Shown here: one piece after another, positions 5,827 to 14,715 of the stretch
Numbering within the stretch: position 1 is the first letter of the stretch
Layout of the letters: every line of letters starts with the position of its first letter
Source: a virus
Lineage: Duplodnaviria > Heunggongvirae > Uroviricota > Caudoviricetes
Strand: one strand, 5' to 3'
DNA length: 29,835 nucleotides
Virus record (IMG/VR): IMGVR_UViG_3300016476_001281
Notes under the pieces: model-generated
Told to the model about the DNA's origin: nothing
The model's input: the letters and a program-made list of their open reading frames with translations, nothing else
Database searches by the model: none
Program-made: the position numbers and the translations under genes

Positions 5827-6285
5827 ATGAGATATTTGAAATTATTTGAAAGAATATTTAGTAGTGATGAATCCAGAGTTAAAAAAATGTGTGAAGAGTA
5901 TTTAATCTATTTATTAGATGAAAATTTTCAACTAAAATTTTTTACACAACCATATGATAAAATTAATATTCATTTAACAAAGAAAGGTGTAGATAAAAAT
6001 GTTATTACTTTTGATTGGGATGATGTTAAATCTGATTTAATTCCACTTATTGAAGTTTTAAGTCAACAAACTAAAAATGATGATTTAAAATTTAGACTTA
6101 CTAATGATAAAGGTACTAAAAATTATGTAACAATTATGTGTAACTATGAAAATGGTAAAGGTGCATTTGGTATGACTTATGATTTAAACTCTATATTAAA
6201 TGATGAAATTCAAAATAGACATAGACTTAATATAAAAGATATTTGTTTTGTAGTTAAGAAACTAAAAGGAGGATTATGGGGTTAA
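5827..6285 (+). CDS. Hypothetical protein with MRYLKLFE N-terminal motif; paralog of 6289-6684
   Basis: ORF track; shared C-x3-L-x-YLLDE-x-F and F-x-W...K-x-D-x-IP-x-IE-x-L blocks. Confidence 0.75.
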   Translation: MRYLKLFERIFSSDESRVKKMCEEYLIYLLDENFQLKFFTQPYDKINIHLTKKGVDKNVITFDWDDVKSDLIPLIEVLSQQTKNDDLKFRLTNDKGTKNYVTIMCNYENGKGAFGMTYDLNSILNDEIQNRHRLNIKDICFVVKKLKGGLWG

Positions 6286-6288
6286 TTA

Positions 6289-6684
6289 CTATTTAAGGTT
6301 TATATAGAAGAAGATACCTGAAAGTAGATAATCAATTTCAATTTCATCTAAATTATCTATAAGTTCTGTTCTAATACCTGATACTGTATTTGCAACTTTT
6401 ATTTGAGTAGTTGAATTAAATTTATCTATTAAGCTAATTCTTTCATCACAAGTATCATACTTTTTATATAAGTATTCAATAAATGGTATTATATCATCTT
6501 TGTATTCAGACCAATAAAATAAATCTTTTGGTATTTTCAAAAGAATTGAAATATATGTACTTCCATTATAAGTTGATACTTCAAATCCTTCATCTAGTAG
6601 ATAAGCTAATGCATTATCACAAAAGTCTTGTACTTCTTCTATATCAACACTCTCTTTTATTAAAAACTTTTTTATATACTTCAT
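6289..6684 (-). CDS. Hypothetical protein with MKYIKKF N-terminal motif; paralog of 5827-6285
   Basis: ORF track; same shared blocks. Confidence 0.75.
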   Translation of the reverse strand: MKYIKKFLIKESVDIEEVQDFCDNALAYLLDEGFEVSTYNGSTYISILLKIPKDLFYWSEYKDDIIPFIEYLYKKYDTCDERISLIDKFNSTTQIKVANTVSGIRTELIDNLDEIEIDYLLSGIFFYINLK

Positions 6685-6687
6685 AAC

Positions 6688-6699
6688 ATATATATAAAA
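6688..6699 (-). promoter_or_regulatory. Putative late-promoter motif TTTTATATATAT
   Basis: 3 nt upstream of the ATG at 6684. Confidence 0.5.
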
Positions 6700-6719
6700 T
6701 ATTTTTTTTATATTTGCAT

Positions 6720-7430
6720 ATGGAAAAATTTCAAGTTTTTGGTAGTGAAGATAGTTTAGACTATGATGTTATGGTATTTGTTGATGAAATACCTGAAATC
6801 ATAGACCATTCTCATACATTGTGTAAAATGTACAATGCAAAATTGTCTAAAGTATTAACTGATAAACCTCTAAACTGTAACTTAGCTATAGTTGCAGATG
6901 GTTTGATTGTTAAAGTATTCAAAGGAACTCCTGATGAAGTTAACAATGCACTTTTCTATACCTATGATTTTCATACACAATATCATCCTTTAGTAGTTAA
7001 AGCTCCTATTGTAAGAGAATATGATATGAAAATCTTGAGAGCTTACAGAAATATCTTATCATTCTTTTCAAGAAGTGAATTAAGAACTATTATCAAACCA
7101 GCTTTAAGAGGTGATTTAAGAGCTAAAATACCTGTGATGAAAATGATTGACTTTGAAACTATGAAAGAGTTTCCTGGTAAAAAAGAATCAATCAAAGACA
7201 TCTACAAAGTAATGGCATTCCAGTTTGGTCAATTATTCTCTTTAGTTGATGGTTTTGAAAAAGACTCCTATACTAAAAGTGGTATCATACAAAACTATCC
7301 GGACTTGACACCAATGTTACTTAGACAAGAATTGTCAGAAAAAGATTACAAAACTTTAAATATCTATTTAGATAGACTGATTAAATTATCAGAAGAAAGA
7401 GTAGATAAAATGTTAAGATTGGTAGAATAA
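6720..7430 (+). CDS. Nucleotidyltransferase-like protein (pol-beta superfamily motif)
   Basis: FGSEDSLDYDVMVFVD fits the GS-x-x-x-x-D-x-D motif; ATG 6720 preferred because the TTG at 6714 lies in the TAtaTTTG element at 6709-6716. Confidence 0.55.
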   Translation: MEKFQVFGSEDSLDYDVMVFVDEIPEIIDHSHTLCKMYNAKLSKVLTDKPLNCNLAIVADGLIVKVFKGTPDEVNNALFYTYDFHTQYHPLVVKAPIVREYDMKILRAYRNILSFFSRSELRTIIKPALRGDLRAKIPVMKMIDFETMKEFPGKKESIKDIYKVMAFQFGQLFSLVDGFEKDSYTKSGIIQNYPDLTPMLLRQELSEKDYKTLNIYLDRLIKLSEERVDKMLRLVE

Positions 7431-7496
7431 TATTATAGTTATATTATATATCATGATGTTACATGTTTTTTATAAAATCAATTAAAATTAAACCTA

Positions 7497-7736
7497 ATGA
7501 AAAAATTCTTAATTACATTTATTGTATCATTTATTGTGTTCTATCTATTAGAACATCTTATCTCACATATATTCAATATAAATCTACATACACTTGATTT
7601 TGGGTGGTTAGGTTGGTTTGGATTCATTTTAGTATATGGATTTAAGTTTCACATTTTTTGCTGTCTTATACCTCTTATATTTACTTCATATAAGTGCAGA
7701 CATAAAAAATGTGGTCATGAACATTGTTCTAAGTAA
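7497..7736 (+). CDS. Small membrane protein
   Basis: Two hydrophobic segments and a Cys/His-rich C-terminus. Confidence 0.65.
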   Translation: MKKFLITFIVSFIVFYLLEHLISHIFNINLHTLDFGWLGWFGFILVYGFKFHIFCCLIPLIFTSYKCRHKKCGHEHCSK

Positions 7737-8238
7737 TTTTCTTAAAAATTAGTTTACAACTTAGGTTATGTGCCAACTTTCTAATGAAAACATCATTGGC
7801 TTTAGTTGAGTGAAGAAGTTTTGGTTTCTTGATAATATCAAATGAACCATCTTCATTCATATAAATTAAACCTGCATAATCTGGAACTTCATCTACAGAG
7901 ATTAAATCTTTAGGAGTAACAAAATTAAAATAATTTGGAAGTAAATACACCAATTCTCCTTTTCTGGTCTTGGTGTATTTCTCATTTATAATAAGAGTAT
8001 GCTTTTCTTTTATAAAATCTTTTTTATAATCCGCTTTACTTATTTTTATTTCATATTCATAAATATAATCAGATTTAGATATTGATATTACATCACATTC
8101 TTGTAGTCCCATACCAGTAAAGTGAGTGGTTATAGGTGAATGAGATTTTTCATAAAGATACATACAAAGAGCAGCTTCTATATTTTTTGACTTTGAATTA
8201 TCTCTTTTTATTTTATTAATTGAACTTTTTCTTGACAT
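7729..8238 (-). CDS. MmcB-like PD-(D/E)xK nuclease-fold protein
   Basis: ECDVISIS...EYEIKISKADYKKD...PNYFNFVTP...VPDYAGLI; ATG 8238 (MSRKSS) preferred over the track start 8319, which overlaps the next gene. Confidence 0.65.
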   Translation of the reverse strand: MSRKSSINKIKRDNSKSKNIEAALCMYLYEKSHSPITTHFTGMGLQECDVISISKSDYIYEYEIKISKADYKKDFIKEKHTLIINEKYTKTRKGELVYLLPNYFNFVTPKDLISVDEVPDYAGLIYMNEDGSFDIIKKPKLLHSTKANDVFIRKLAHNLSCKLIFKKIT

Positions 8239-8240
8239 AA

Positions 8241-8252
8241 TTATATATATTA
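8241..8252 (-). promoter_or_regulatory. Putative late-promoter motif TAATATATATAA
   Basis: Immediately upstream of the ATG at 8238. Confidence 0.45.
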
Positions 8253-8284
8253 TTTGGTAGTTACACCAATTATTAGTATATTTG
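8253..8284 (+). promoter_or_regulatory. Bacteroidota-type promoter
   Basis: TTTG 8253-8256, 20-nt spacer, TAtaTTTG 8277-8284. Confidence 0.7.
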
Positions 8285-8306
8285 TACAACAAAATAAGAA
8301 AACAAT

Positions 8307-9137
8307 ATGACACCAGCACAATTTGAACAATCTAATATCAATGATAAACAACACTTCATTACAGAAGCAAATACTTATCTTAATGATACTTTTGTTGATT
8401 TTGAAGATATTGATACCAAAAAAGTAAATACTTTCAATGCCGCAAGAAAATTAGCTACTGCTAATATGCCAAAGAATGAGTTTGGATTTAAAGGTCACTT
8501 CAAATCTGCAGCAAGAGGTGATAAAAAAATGGTAAGAGTTGATGGTAAAAGTTCTGTAGGTGATGATAAATTATATGATGCTATTACAGGAATAATGAAA
8601 TTCCCTCAAGAATTAGGATTAGTATCATCAGACTTTACTAAAGGTATTGACTCTAATATGAAATATGCATTGAATAATGTATTAGATATTAACTTTGTAT
8701 CTGAACAAACAAAATCTGTATATGACAATTTAAGAAAAGAAGTTTACAGAAAATCATCAAACAAAGGTTTACAAGCAACTGATGTTGTTTTAGGTACAAT
8801 CACATCAGAAAACTTCACACACTTTATTTCTTACAATGAAATTGGATTTGCATATGAAGAATTAAACTTAGCTCAAGAGAAATTCTTTATCTGTGCTAAT
8901 GTTAAAGAAAACTACAAGTATATGAAGAAAATTGACTTTGTAACAATGACACAAGGTGATGTAGAAGTTTCATTACATATTGATAGTAAATTCAACTATG
9001 TTTACTTAGTATTTAAAAATCAAGGAGAAGTAGTTTATATGGTATCTCAAAGACATAACTTGAATACTGCAAACTGTTCTTTCATCAATAACAAAAAATT
9101 TACAATTATAGAAAACACAAAAAAACCTCTTAACTAA
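8307..9137 (+). CDS. Hypothetical protein (276 aa)
   Basis: Long ORF with genome-typical codons behind a host-type promoter; no family recognised. Confidence 0.75.
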   Translation: MTPAQFEQSNINDKQHFITEANTYLNDTFVDFEDIDTKKVNTFNAARKLATANMPKNEFGFKGHFKSAARGDKKMVRVDGKSSVGDDKLYDAITGIMKFPQELGLVSSDFTKGIDSNMKYALNNVLDINFVSEQTKSVYDNLRKEVYRKSSNKGLQATDVVLGTITSENFTHFISYNEIGFAYEELNLAQEKFFICANVKENYKYMKKIDFVTMTQGDVEVSLHIDSKFNYVYLVFKNQGEVVYMVSQRHNLNTANCSFINNKKFTIIENTKKPLN

Positions 9138-10257
9138 GAGGTTTTTTTATAAATAAGTTTGTGAATATTGCTTCTAAAACATTTACTACAATTGAATTTC
9201 CTGCTTGTTTAGTTAAAGCAGTATCAATTAAAGTTCCTTCTACCTTATCAAAGTCTGAATCAGTGAATCCCATCATCTTCCAACATTCTCTTGGACTTAA
9301 CATTCTGATTTCACCATTCTCATATACTTTAATTCTTGATTGAGCACCAGTAGCTGTAATAGTTGGTGATATACTATTTAGGTGATAAACTTTTCTCTCA
9401 CTTGCAAAATTAGTATAGTTAACCAAATCAAAACAACTAATACCATTTTTAGTCTTATCAGTTTTAATTACCTCTGGGTAATATCTTTTAAAGTCTAAGT
9501 AATACTTTTTATCCTGATTAGGAGTTAAAATATCTGAAATAGTTAAATCTGTTAATTTATCTTGAGCAGGAATAACAAAATCACTTTCAGAACCATTTAG
9601 TATTGAAACCATATAAGCTCTTTCTCTATTTTGAGGTACACCAAAGTAAGATGCTTTTAATTTAAAGTCAAAGTTGATATAACCCATTTCTTTAAGATTT
9701 TCTTTCCAAATATTGAAGCCATCTTTATTTTTCTCACCAAATATAGCAGGTACATTCTCCATTAAAAGATATTTAGGTAATCTGTTTTCTTCATTTAATT
9801 CATTTAGAAGTCTATTAACTTCCCATAACAAAGAAGATGTTTTACCTTCAAATAAACCTTTTTGAGACCCTTGGTTAGATAAATCTTGGCAAGGGAATGA
9901 ATAGGTCAATAAGTCATGATCAGGTGTCATATAACCTTTTAAATCAACAATAGAACCTAAGTTCTTTGAATTTTTATTAGCTACATATAACTTTTTAAGT
10001 CTATCAAGTTTAAGTGTACTATTTTTAATAGGTGTTTTAGTATTTGATGAAAATGTGAAGTCTTTTAATTCTTCTAATATTTGCTCTTTAGTTAAATCAG
10101 TAGTTTCATTTGAATTGTGGTGAACATTAGCATAACTAATTATAGAGTCAATAGACCATTCACTTATACCTACAACTTCAAAATCTACTCCAATATTTTT
10201 AAGTGCTTTATGTTGACTACCAATACCAGCAAACAACTCAATTACTCTTAATTTCAT
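9130..10257 (-). CDS. dcm: DNA (cytosine-5) methyltransferase, M.SssI/M.MpeI-like (predicted CpG-specific)
   Basis: ELFAGIG, DLLTYSFPCQDLS, KYLLMENV, QNRER and GNSI motifs; target-recognition segment YTNFASE...PTITATGAQSRIK. Confidence 0.9.
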   Translation of the reverse strand: MKLRVIELFAGIGSQHKALKNIGVDFEVVGISEWSIDSIISYANVHHNSNETTDLTKEQILEELKDFTFSSNTKTPIKNSTLKLDRLKKLYVANKNSKNLGSIVDLKGYMTPDHDLLTYSFPCQDLSNQGSQKGLFEGKTSSLLWEVNRLLNELNEENRLPKYLLMENVPAIFGEKNKDGFNIWKENLKEMGYINFDFKLKASYFGVPQNRERAYMVSILNGSESDFVIPAQDKLTDLTISDILTPNQDKKYYLDFKRYYPEVIKTDKTKNGISCFDLVNYTNFASERKVYHLNSISPTITATGAQSRIKVYENGEIRMLSPRECWKMMGFTDSDFDKVEGTLIDTALTKQAGNSIVVNVLEAIFTNLFIKKPLS

Positions 10258-10319
10258 ATTTAAAATTTATTTTATTCTTTATATTAGAAATATACAAAAA
10301 AGTTAATCAAACAAGTGTA

Positions 10320-10331
10320 TTTAATATATAA
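10320..10331 (+). promoter_or_regulatory. Putative late-promoter motif TTTAATATATAA
   Basis: Upstream of the ORF at 10389. Confidence 0.45.
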
Positions 10332-10388
10332 TTAAAAAATAAATAACTAATGACAATAATTAAAAAAATATAAAGAAATAAAAAGAGA

Positions 10389-10997
10389 ATGATATATTAT
10401 AAAACAACAATATTTACATATAATGAATTTTTAAAAGAAAATAAAACTAACAGATTATCAAAAACTGAAAAAATACATACTGGTTCAGGTATAGTAAACT
10501 TTCTAAATATAGAAAAAATAGATGAAATATTTGATTCCAAAATAGATAATTTAGATTATACTGAGAATAAATATAAACACTCAAAATATAATAATGAAGA
10601 AAATATAACCTATGTTTTCAAATCAAAAAGTAATACAGAATATAGATTAGACCTAGTAGTTCTACTAGAAGAAAATAAAAATTTAAAAGACATTAGATTA
10701 CATGATAAAAAATTCATTTCAGTTAGCTTTTCTTTATTAAACTCTAATGATGAGAACTATGATACACCAACAAATTTGAATGAATTATATGATGTTATGT
10801 CAAGAATAAGATACTTTATTGAATTAAATGAATATAAAATTAATAACAATTATGTATTCATGTTTGGTAAACCAAGTACCAATAAAATTAAAATGTATGA
10901 ATATTTTATTAAATTTTGTTTCCCTGATTATAAATTAATTATAGATTACACATCAGGTTTTCCTAATACAAATGTTGGGTATTATTTGGTTAAATAA
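10389..10997 (+). CDS. Hypothetical protein with an N-terminal TYNEFLKE segment
   Basis: ORF track; no family recognised. Confidence 0.7.
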   Translation: MIYYKTTIFTYNEFLKENKTNRLSKTEKIHTGSGIVNFLNIEKIDEIFDSKIDNLDYTENKYKHSKYNNEENITYVFKSKSNTEYRLDLVVLLEENKNLKDIRLHDKKFISVSFSLLNSNDENYDTPTNLNELYDVMSRIRYFIELNEYKINNNYVFMFGKPSTNKIKMYEYFIKFCFPDYKLIIDYTSGFPNTNVGYYLVK

Positions 10998-11016
10998 TAA
11001 TTAATCATTACATTTG
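10985..11016 (+). promoter_or_regulatory. Bacteroidota-type promoter
   Basis: TTTG 10985-10988, 20-nt spacer, TAcaTTTG 11009-11016. Confidence 0.65.
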
Positions 11017-11032
11017 TAGAAATATTAGAAAA

Positions 11033-11821
11033 ATGAACATTCACTTTACAGATAAGGAACTTTTTGAGAAATTAAAATCAGCAACTATTGCTAAAGTTGT
11101 TGTTGGTTCTAATATGTATGGAACTAATACAGAAAGTTCTGACATTGACTACTTATACATTTATGCAACATCAGAGAATGAATTAAACTCATTTATTAAA
11201 GTACACCACCAATTACAATACAAAGAAGATGGTGTTGACTATAACTTTGTATCACTTCACAATTTCTTGAATAATTGTTTGAATGGTGACTCTACTATTA
11301 ACTTTGAAGTAATTAATTCAACTTCATTAATAGGAACAGATATTGAGTTCCTTTACAATTATAGAAAATCATTTTTAACTTATACTGTTATTAGATCTTA
11401 TTTAGGATTAGCAAGAAGAGATATTAAACACTTTTTCAGTGCTAAAACTGATTATGATAAAACAAAGAAATTAAAACATGTTATAAGAGGATATTTATAC
11501 TCAAGAGATATGATTGAGAATAATTTTGACTTTGATAAATGTAATAAAGAGTTGTTAGAAACTAAAATTGATATAACAACTTCTAAACAATTAAAAGAGT
11601 ATGAAAGGTTTATTTCTAATTTAAGAAATATTCTTACAGAAAAATTTAATTCAAAAACTCTTGGGCTGGCTCAACACATGGATGTTGAGAGTGGTAAAGA
11701 ACTTACAAAAATATTTTTAGATTATTGTAAGTCAGATAGTTTCAAAAGTAAGAGTAATATCTTAAATGATTTTGATTTATCTGAGTTTATTAATAGTTTT
11801 GAAAACTGGGTAGAATATTAA
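11033..11821 (+). CDS. Predicted nucleotidyltransferase (RlaP/YcgL-like, pol-beta superfamily)
   Basis: VVGSNMYGTNTESSDIDYLYIY motif; SYLGLARRD in the helical region. Confidence 0.75.
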   Translation: MNIHFTDKELFEKLKSATIAKVVVGSNMYGTNTESSDIDYLYIYATSENELNSFIKVHHQLQYKEDGVDYNFVSLHNFLNNCLNGDSTINFEVINSTSLIGTDIEFLYNYRKSFLTYTVIRSYLGLARRDIKHFFSAKTDYDKTKKLKHVIRGYLYSRDMIENNFDFDKCNKELLETKIDITTSKQLKEYERFISNLRNILTEKFNSKTLGLAQHMDVESGKELTKIFLDYCKSDSFKSKSNILNDFDLSEFINSFENWVEY

Positions 11822-11824
11822 GAT

Positions 11825-12115
11825 ATGAAAAAAGAAAATGTATTTCCTATATTATATAAAAAATATAATTCAAAAGAAAAGTTCAGAAGTTTTATTGATA
11901 AACTTATTGAAAGAATAAAGAGTAATCAACCTATATCTGATAATGGTATGTTAGATGGTTTTATCATAGGTTTAATACATGCAAATAGTGGTTATCTATA
12001 CACAATGATTTTTTGTGAAAGTGATTTACCACCTATGAGTGATAATACAATACAACAATTAGAACAATGTGTTATGTGGTTATTAAATAATGAAGAAGTA
12101 TTAAATAAAATTTAA
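11825..12115 (+). CDS. Hypothetical protein
   Basis: ORF track; tightly packed in the operon. Confidence 0.65.
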   Translation: MKKENVFPILYKKYNSKEKFRSFIDKLIERIKSNQPISDNGMLDGFIIGLIHANSGYLYTMIFCESDLPPMSDNTIQQLEQCVMWLLNNEEVLNKI

Positions 12116-12117
12116 TT

Positions 12118-12369
12118 ATGAGAATAAAAGCAATTTATAAAAAGAATTTAAAAATGAGTGAGGGTAAAGTAGCTGCACAGATAGCACATGCAGTGAAGAA
12201 CTTAGGTATTACCCCAATTGATTGTGATATTATAGTATTAAAAGTTTCAGATAAAAAGTTCAATGAGCTTGTTGCTGAGAATACTAATTGTTACATACAA
12301 ACAGACAAAGGATTAACAGAAGTTGAGACAGGTACACAAACTGCAGCAGCTTGGATAGAAACATTTTAA
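12118..12369 (+). CDS. Peptidyl-tRNA hydrolase 2 (Pth2)-like protein, compact
   Basis: LKMSEGKVAAQIAHA, IVLKV, DKGLTEV..GTQT match the Pth2 KxAAQxxHA and D-x-G-x-T motifs. Confidence 0.75.
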   Translation: MRIKAIYKKNLKMSEGKVAAQIAHAVKNLGITPIDCDIIVLKVSDKKFNELVAENTNCYIQTDKGLTEVETGTQTAAAWIETF

Positions 12370-12839
12370 TAAAACAAGTTATGAATATAAGTTCAGGTAG
12401 TAGTTATCCAGCTTCTTCATTGAGCAACTTTGCAGGTCATAGATTTACTATTGATGATGTAGAGTGTTATTCAATGGAAGGATTTTTACAATCACTAAAG
12501 TTCAAATCAGTTGATATGCAAGAAAGTGTTTGTAAATTAGTTGGTATAGCTGCAAAGAGAAAAGGGTCAGGTAAAAACTGGCAGAAAACACAAACCTTAT
12601 ACTGGAGAGGTGTTGAGATAAATAGAAAATCTAAAGAGTATCAAGATTTACTTGATAGAGCATATAATGCAATGTATCAACAATCTGAGAGTTTTAGAAA
12701 AGCTTTAATGGCAAGTGGTAATGGTACATTAACTCACTCAATGGGTAAATCTAATATGAATGAGACTGTACTTACTACATCTGAGTTTTGTGGTAGATTA
12801 TTAAGATTAAGAGAAACAGGTTTAGCAAATAAGTCATGA
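12351..12839 (+). CDS. NADAR-family protein, T4 gp30.3-like
   Basis: LSNFAGHRF...SMEGFLQSLKF...LYWRG...LTHSMG...LTTSEF. Confidence 0.75.
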   Translation: MDRNILIKQVMNISSGSSYPASSLSNFAGHRFTIDDVECYSMEGFLQSLKFKSVDMQESVCKLVGIAAKRKGSGKNWQKTQTLYWRGVEINRKSKEYQDLLDRAYNAMYQQSESFRKALMASGNGTLTHSMGKSNMNETVLTTSEFCGRLLRLRETGLANKS

Positions 12840-13021
12840 GTAAAGTAAGAAAAGCACCAGTAAGAGTTTATTGTGAAGATACATCACAACTACTCAAGTC
12901 AATAAGAACACATAAAGATCATGGTAAGACTAAAGTAATTAATGGTATTAATTATGAAGTGATTGGTGGTGATATGTTATTGAACACAAAAACAAATAGA
13001 ATAGAAAAAATAAGAGGGTAA
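12836..13021 (+). CDS. Small hypothetical protein
   Basis: ATGA overlap with the upstream gene. Confidence 0.6.
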   Translation: MSKVRKAPVRVYCEDTSQLLKSIRTHKDHGKTKVINGINYEVIGGDMLLNTKTNRIEKIRG

Positions 13022-13037
13022 ATCCCTCTATTTTTTT
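13013..13037 (+). terminator. Intrinsic terminator
   Basis: AGAGGG-TAAAT-CCCTCT-A followed by T7. Confidence 0.6.
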
Positions 13038-13059
13038 AGGTAAATTAAAACATTTATTA

Positions 13060-13067
13060 TATATTTG
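13060..13067 (+). promoter_or_regulatory. Bacteroidota-type -7 element
   Basis: TAtaTTTG 23 nt before the helicase ATG; -33 element imperfect. Confidence 0.5.
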
Positions 13068-13090
13068 CATAACAAAATAAAAACATAAAA

Positions 13091-14713
13091 ATGAAAACAT
13101 ACTTAAAAAGTAAATTTGATAGTTTAAATGATGAACAAAAATCACTTTATAATCAAATGAAAGAAAACTCACTATTACAAATCTGTATTCCAACAGGAGC
13201 AGGTAAAGGATATCTTATGATATTTGATATTTTAAGTAGAGTTTTATCTAAAGACACTAATGTAATTGCTATATCAACTCATAGACTTATGTTAAATGGT
13301 CAACATATGGATGATATATTTGATACTTTATCACCATTAATTGGTAATATAGGATATATCTTTGTTGGTAGTTCTAAATTTAACAATGCAAAATTCCAAA
13401 ATAATAAAGAATTTAACACTAAATTAAAAGAAAAAAATATCTCATACAATGAAATTGTTACATCAACACCTAGTAGTATAGAAGTTAATAACCTAGTTCA
13501 AGAACATTTAAAAAATGGTAGAAAAGTTATTATTGTAACAACCTATCACTCTTTAAATAAATTAAAGAGTGTTAATATAGATAGTCTTTATTGTGATGAA
13601 GCACATACATTGGCATCTGAATCAATTTCAAAATTCCAAAGAAATTTTGAAGAAATAAATTTTAAAAATTGTTATTTCTTTACTGCAACACCAAAAGATT
13701 GTGCGGATGATGAAACAAGTGCTTTTTTAATGAGTAATGAAGAGGTGTTTGGTAAAAGAGTAGGTTTAGACTCAAAGACTTGTATTGAAAAAGGTTATAT
13801 AACATCACCAATGATACAAATTGCAAAACCTGAAAACTATGACTCACAACAAGATTATATGTCTATTCAAAATTTGGCAAAATTTGTAAAAGACACTTTC
13901 TTTTTTCATAGAAATTGGGTTAAAGAAAATTCATATATGCCTGAATTAATTGATGCAATTGTTCTATATAAATGTTCAAGTGTTGAAGAAATGTGGGATC
14001 TTTATAAAGAATTGCTTGGTAAGGTTCCTGGAGTAAAAATTTGTGCAGGTGCTTCTAAATCAGGTAAAGGTTTAGATACATTCCATTATGTTGATAATAT
14101 TGGAATAAAATCAAGAACAGACTATTTAAAAGTTTTACAAGGAGAATCAGAAGATATTAAATATAAACACCTTAATATAAATGAAGGTGAAATGGCAATT
14201 GTATTACATTATGATACAATGAGTGAAGGAATAAATGTACCTTTTACTGGTACTTGTTTCTTAGGTAGAAAATTACCAACTAAAATGAAATCTATACAAA
14301 CAATTGGTAGAGGTACCAGACTACATTGGTTTGACAGAGAAAGACTCAAAAAAGGTGAAATTATTGTAGGTGATGGTAAATGGGTAAAACCAAATAATGC
14401 AGTAATTATCCCATACTGGGATAGAGAAGGTGAAAGTACAAGTAATGAGTTGGCAAAGATGATTAGAGAGTTTAGAAATTATGGATTTAATCCAGCATTT
14501 AAACTTTCAATTGGTGATGATACAGGTGCAGGTAAAGAAAAAGATGATGAAGATAACTTAAATGAGCTTGATAAAAATAAGATAAAATCAGCTTTAATTG
14601 AGAAAATTGAACAAGAAATACTTGAAATGGATAACAAAGATGATAATGATAAATTAGTCGATACTATTAAATCTTTATCTGATGATGATTGGATTAATTT
14701 TATATATGGATAA
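13091..14713 (+). CDS. Superfamily 2 helicase/ATPase (restriction-associated Res/ISP-like)
   Basis: PTGAGK (I), TTYHS, DEAH (II), TATP (III), QTIGRGTR (VI). Confidence 0.85.
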   Translation: MKTYLKSKFDSLNDEQKSLYNQMKENSLLQICIPTGAGKGYLMIFDILSRVLSKDTNVIAISTHRLMLNGQHMDDIFDTLSPLIGNIGYIFVGSSKFNNAKFQNNKEFNTKLKEKNISYNEIVTSTPSSIEVNNLVQEHLKNGRKVIIVTTYHSLNKLKSVNIDSLYCDEAHTLASESISKFQRNFEEINFKNCYFFTATPKDCADDETSAFLMSNEEVFGKRVGLDSKTCIEKGYITSPMIQIAKPENYDSQQDYMSIQNLAKFVKDTFFFHRNWVKENSYMPELIDAIVLYKCSSVEEMWDLYKELLGKVPGVKICAGASKSGKGLDTFHYVDNIGIKSRTDYLKVLQGESEDIKYKHLNINEGEMAIVLHYDTMSEGINVPFTGTCFLGRKLPTKMKSIQTIGRGTRLHWFDRERLKKGEIIVGDGKWVKPNNAVIIPYWDREGESTSNELAKMIREFRNYGFNPAFKLSIGDDTGAGKEKDDEDNLNELDKNKIKSALIEKIEQEILEMDNKDDNDKLVDTIKSLSDDDWINFIYG

Positions 14714-14715
14714 TA

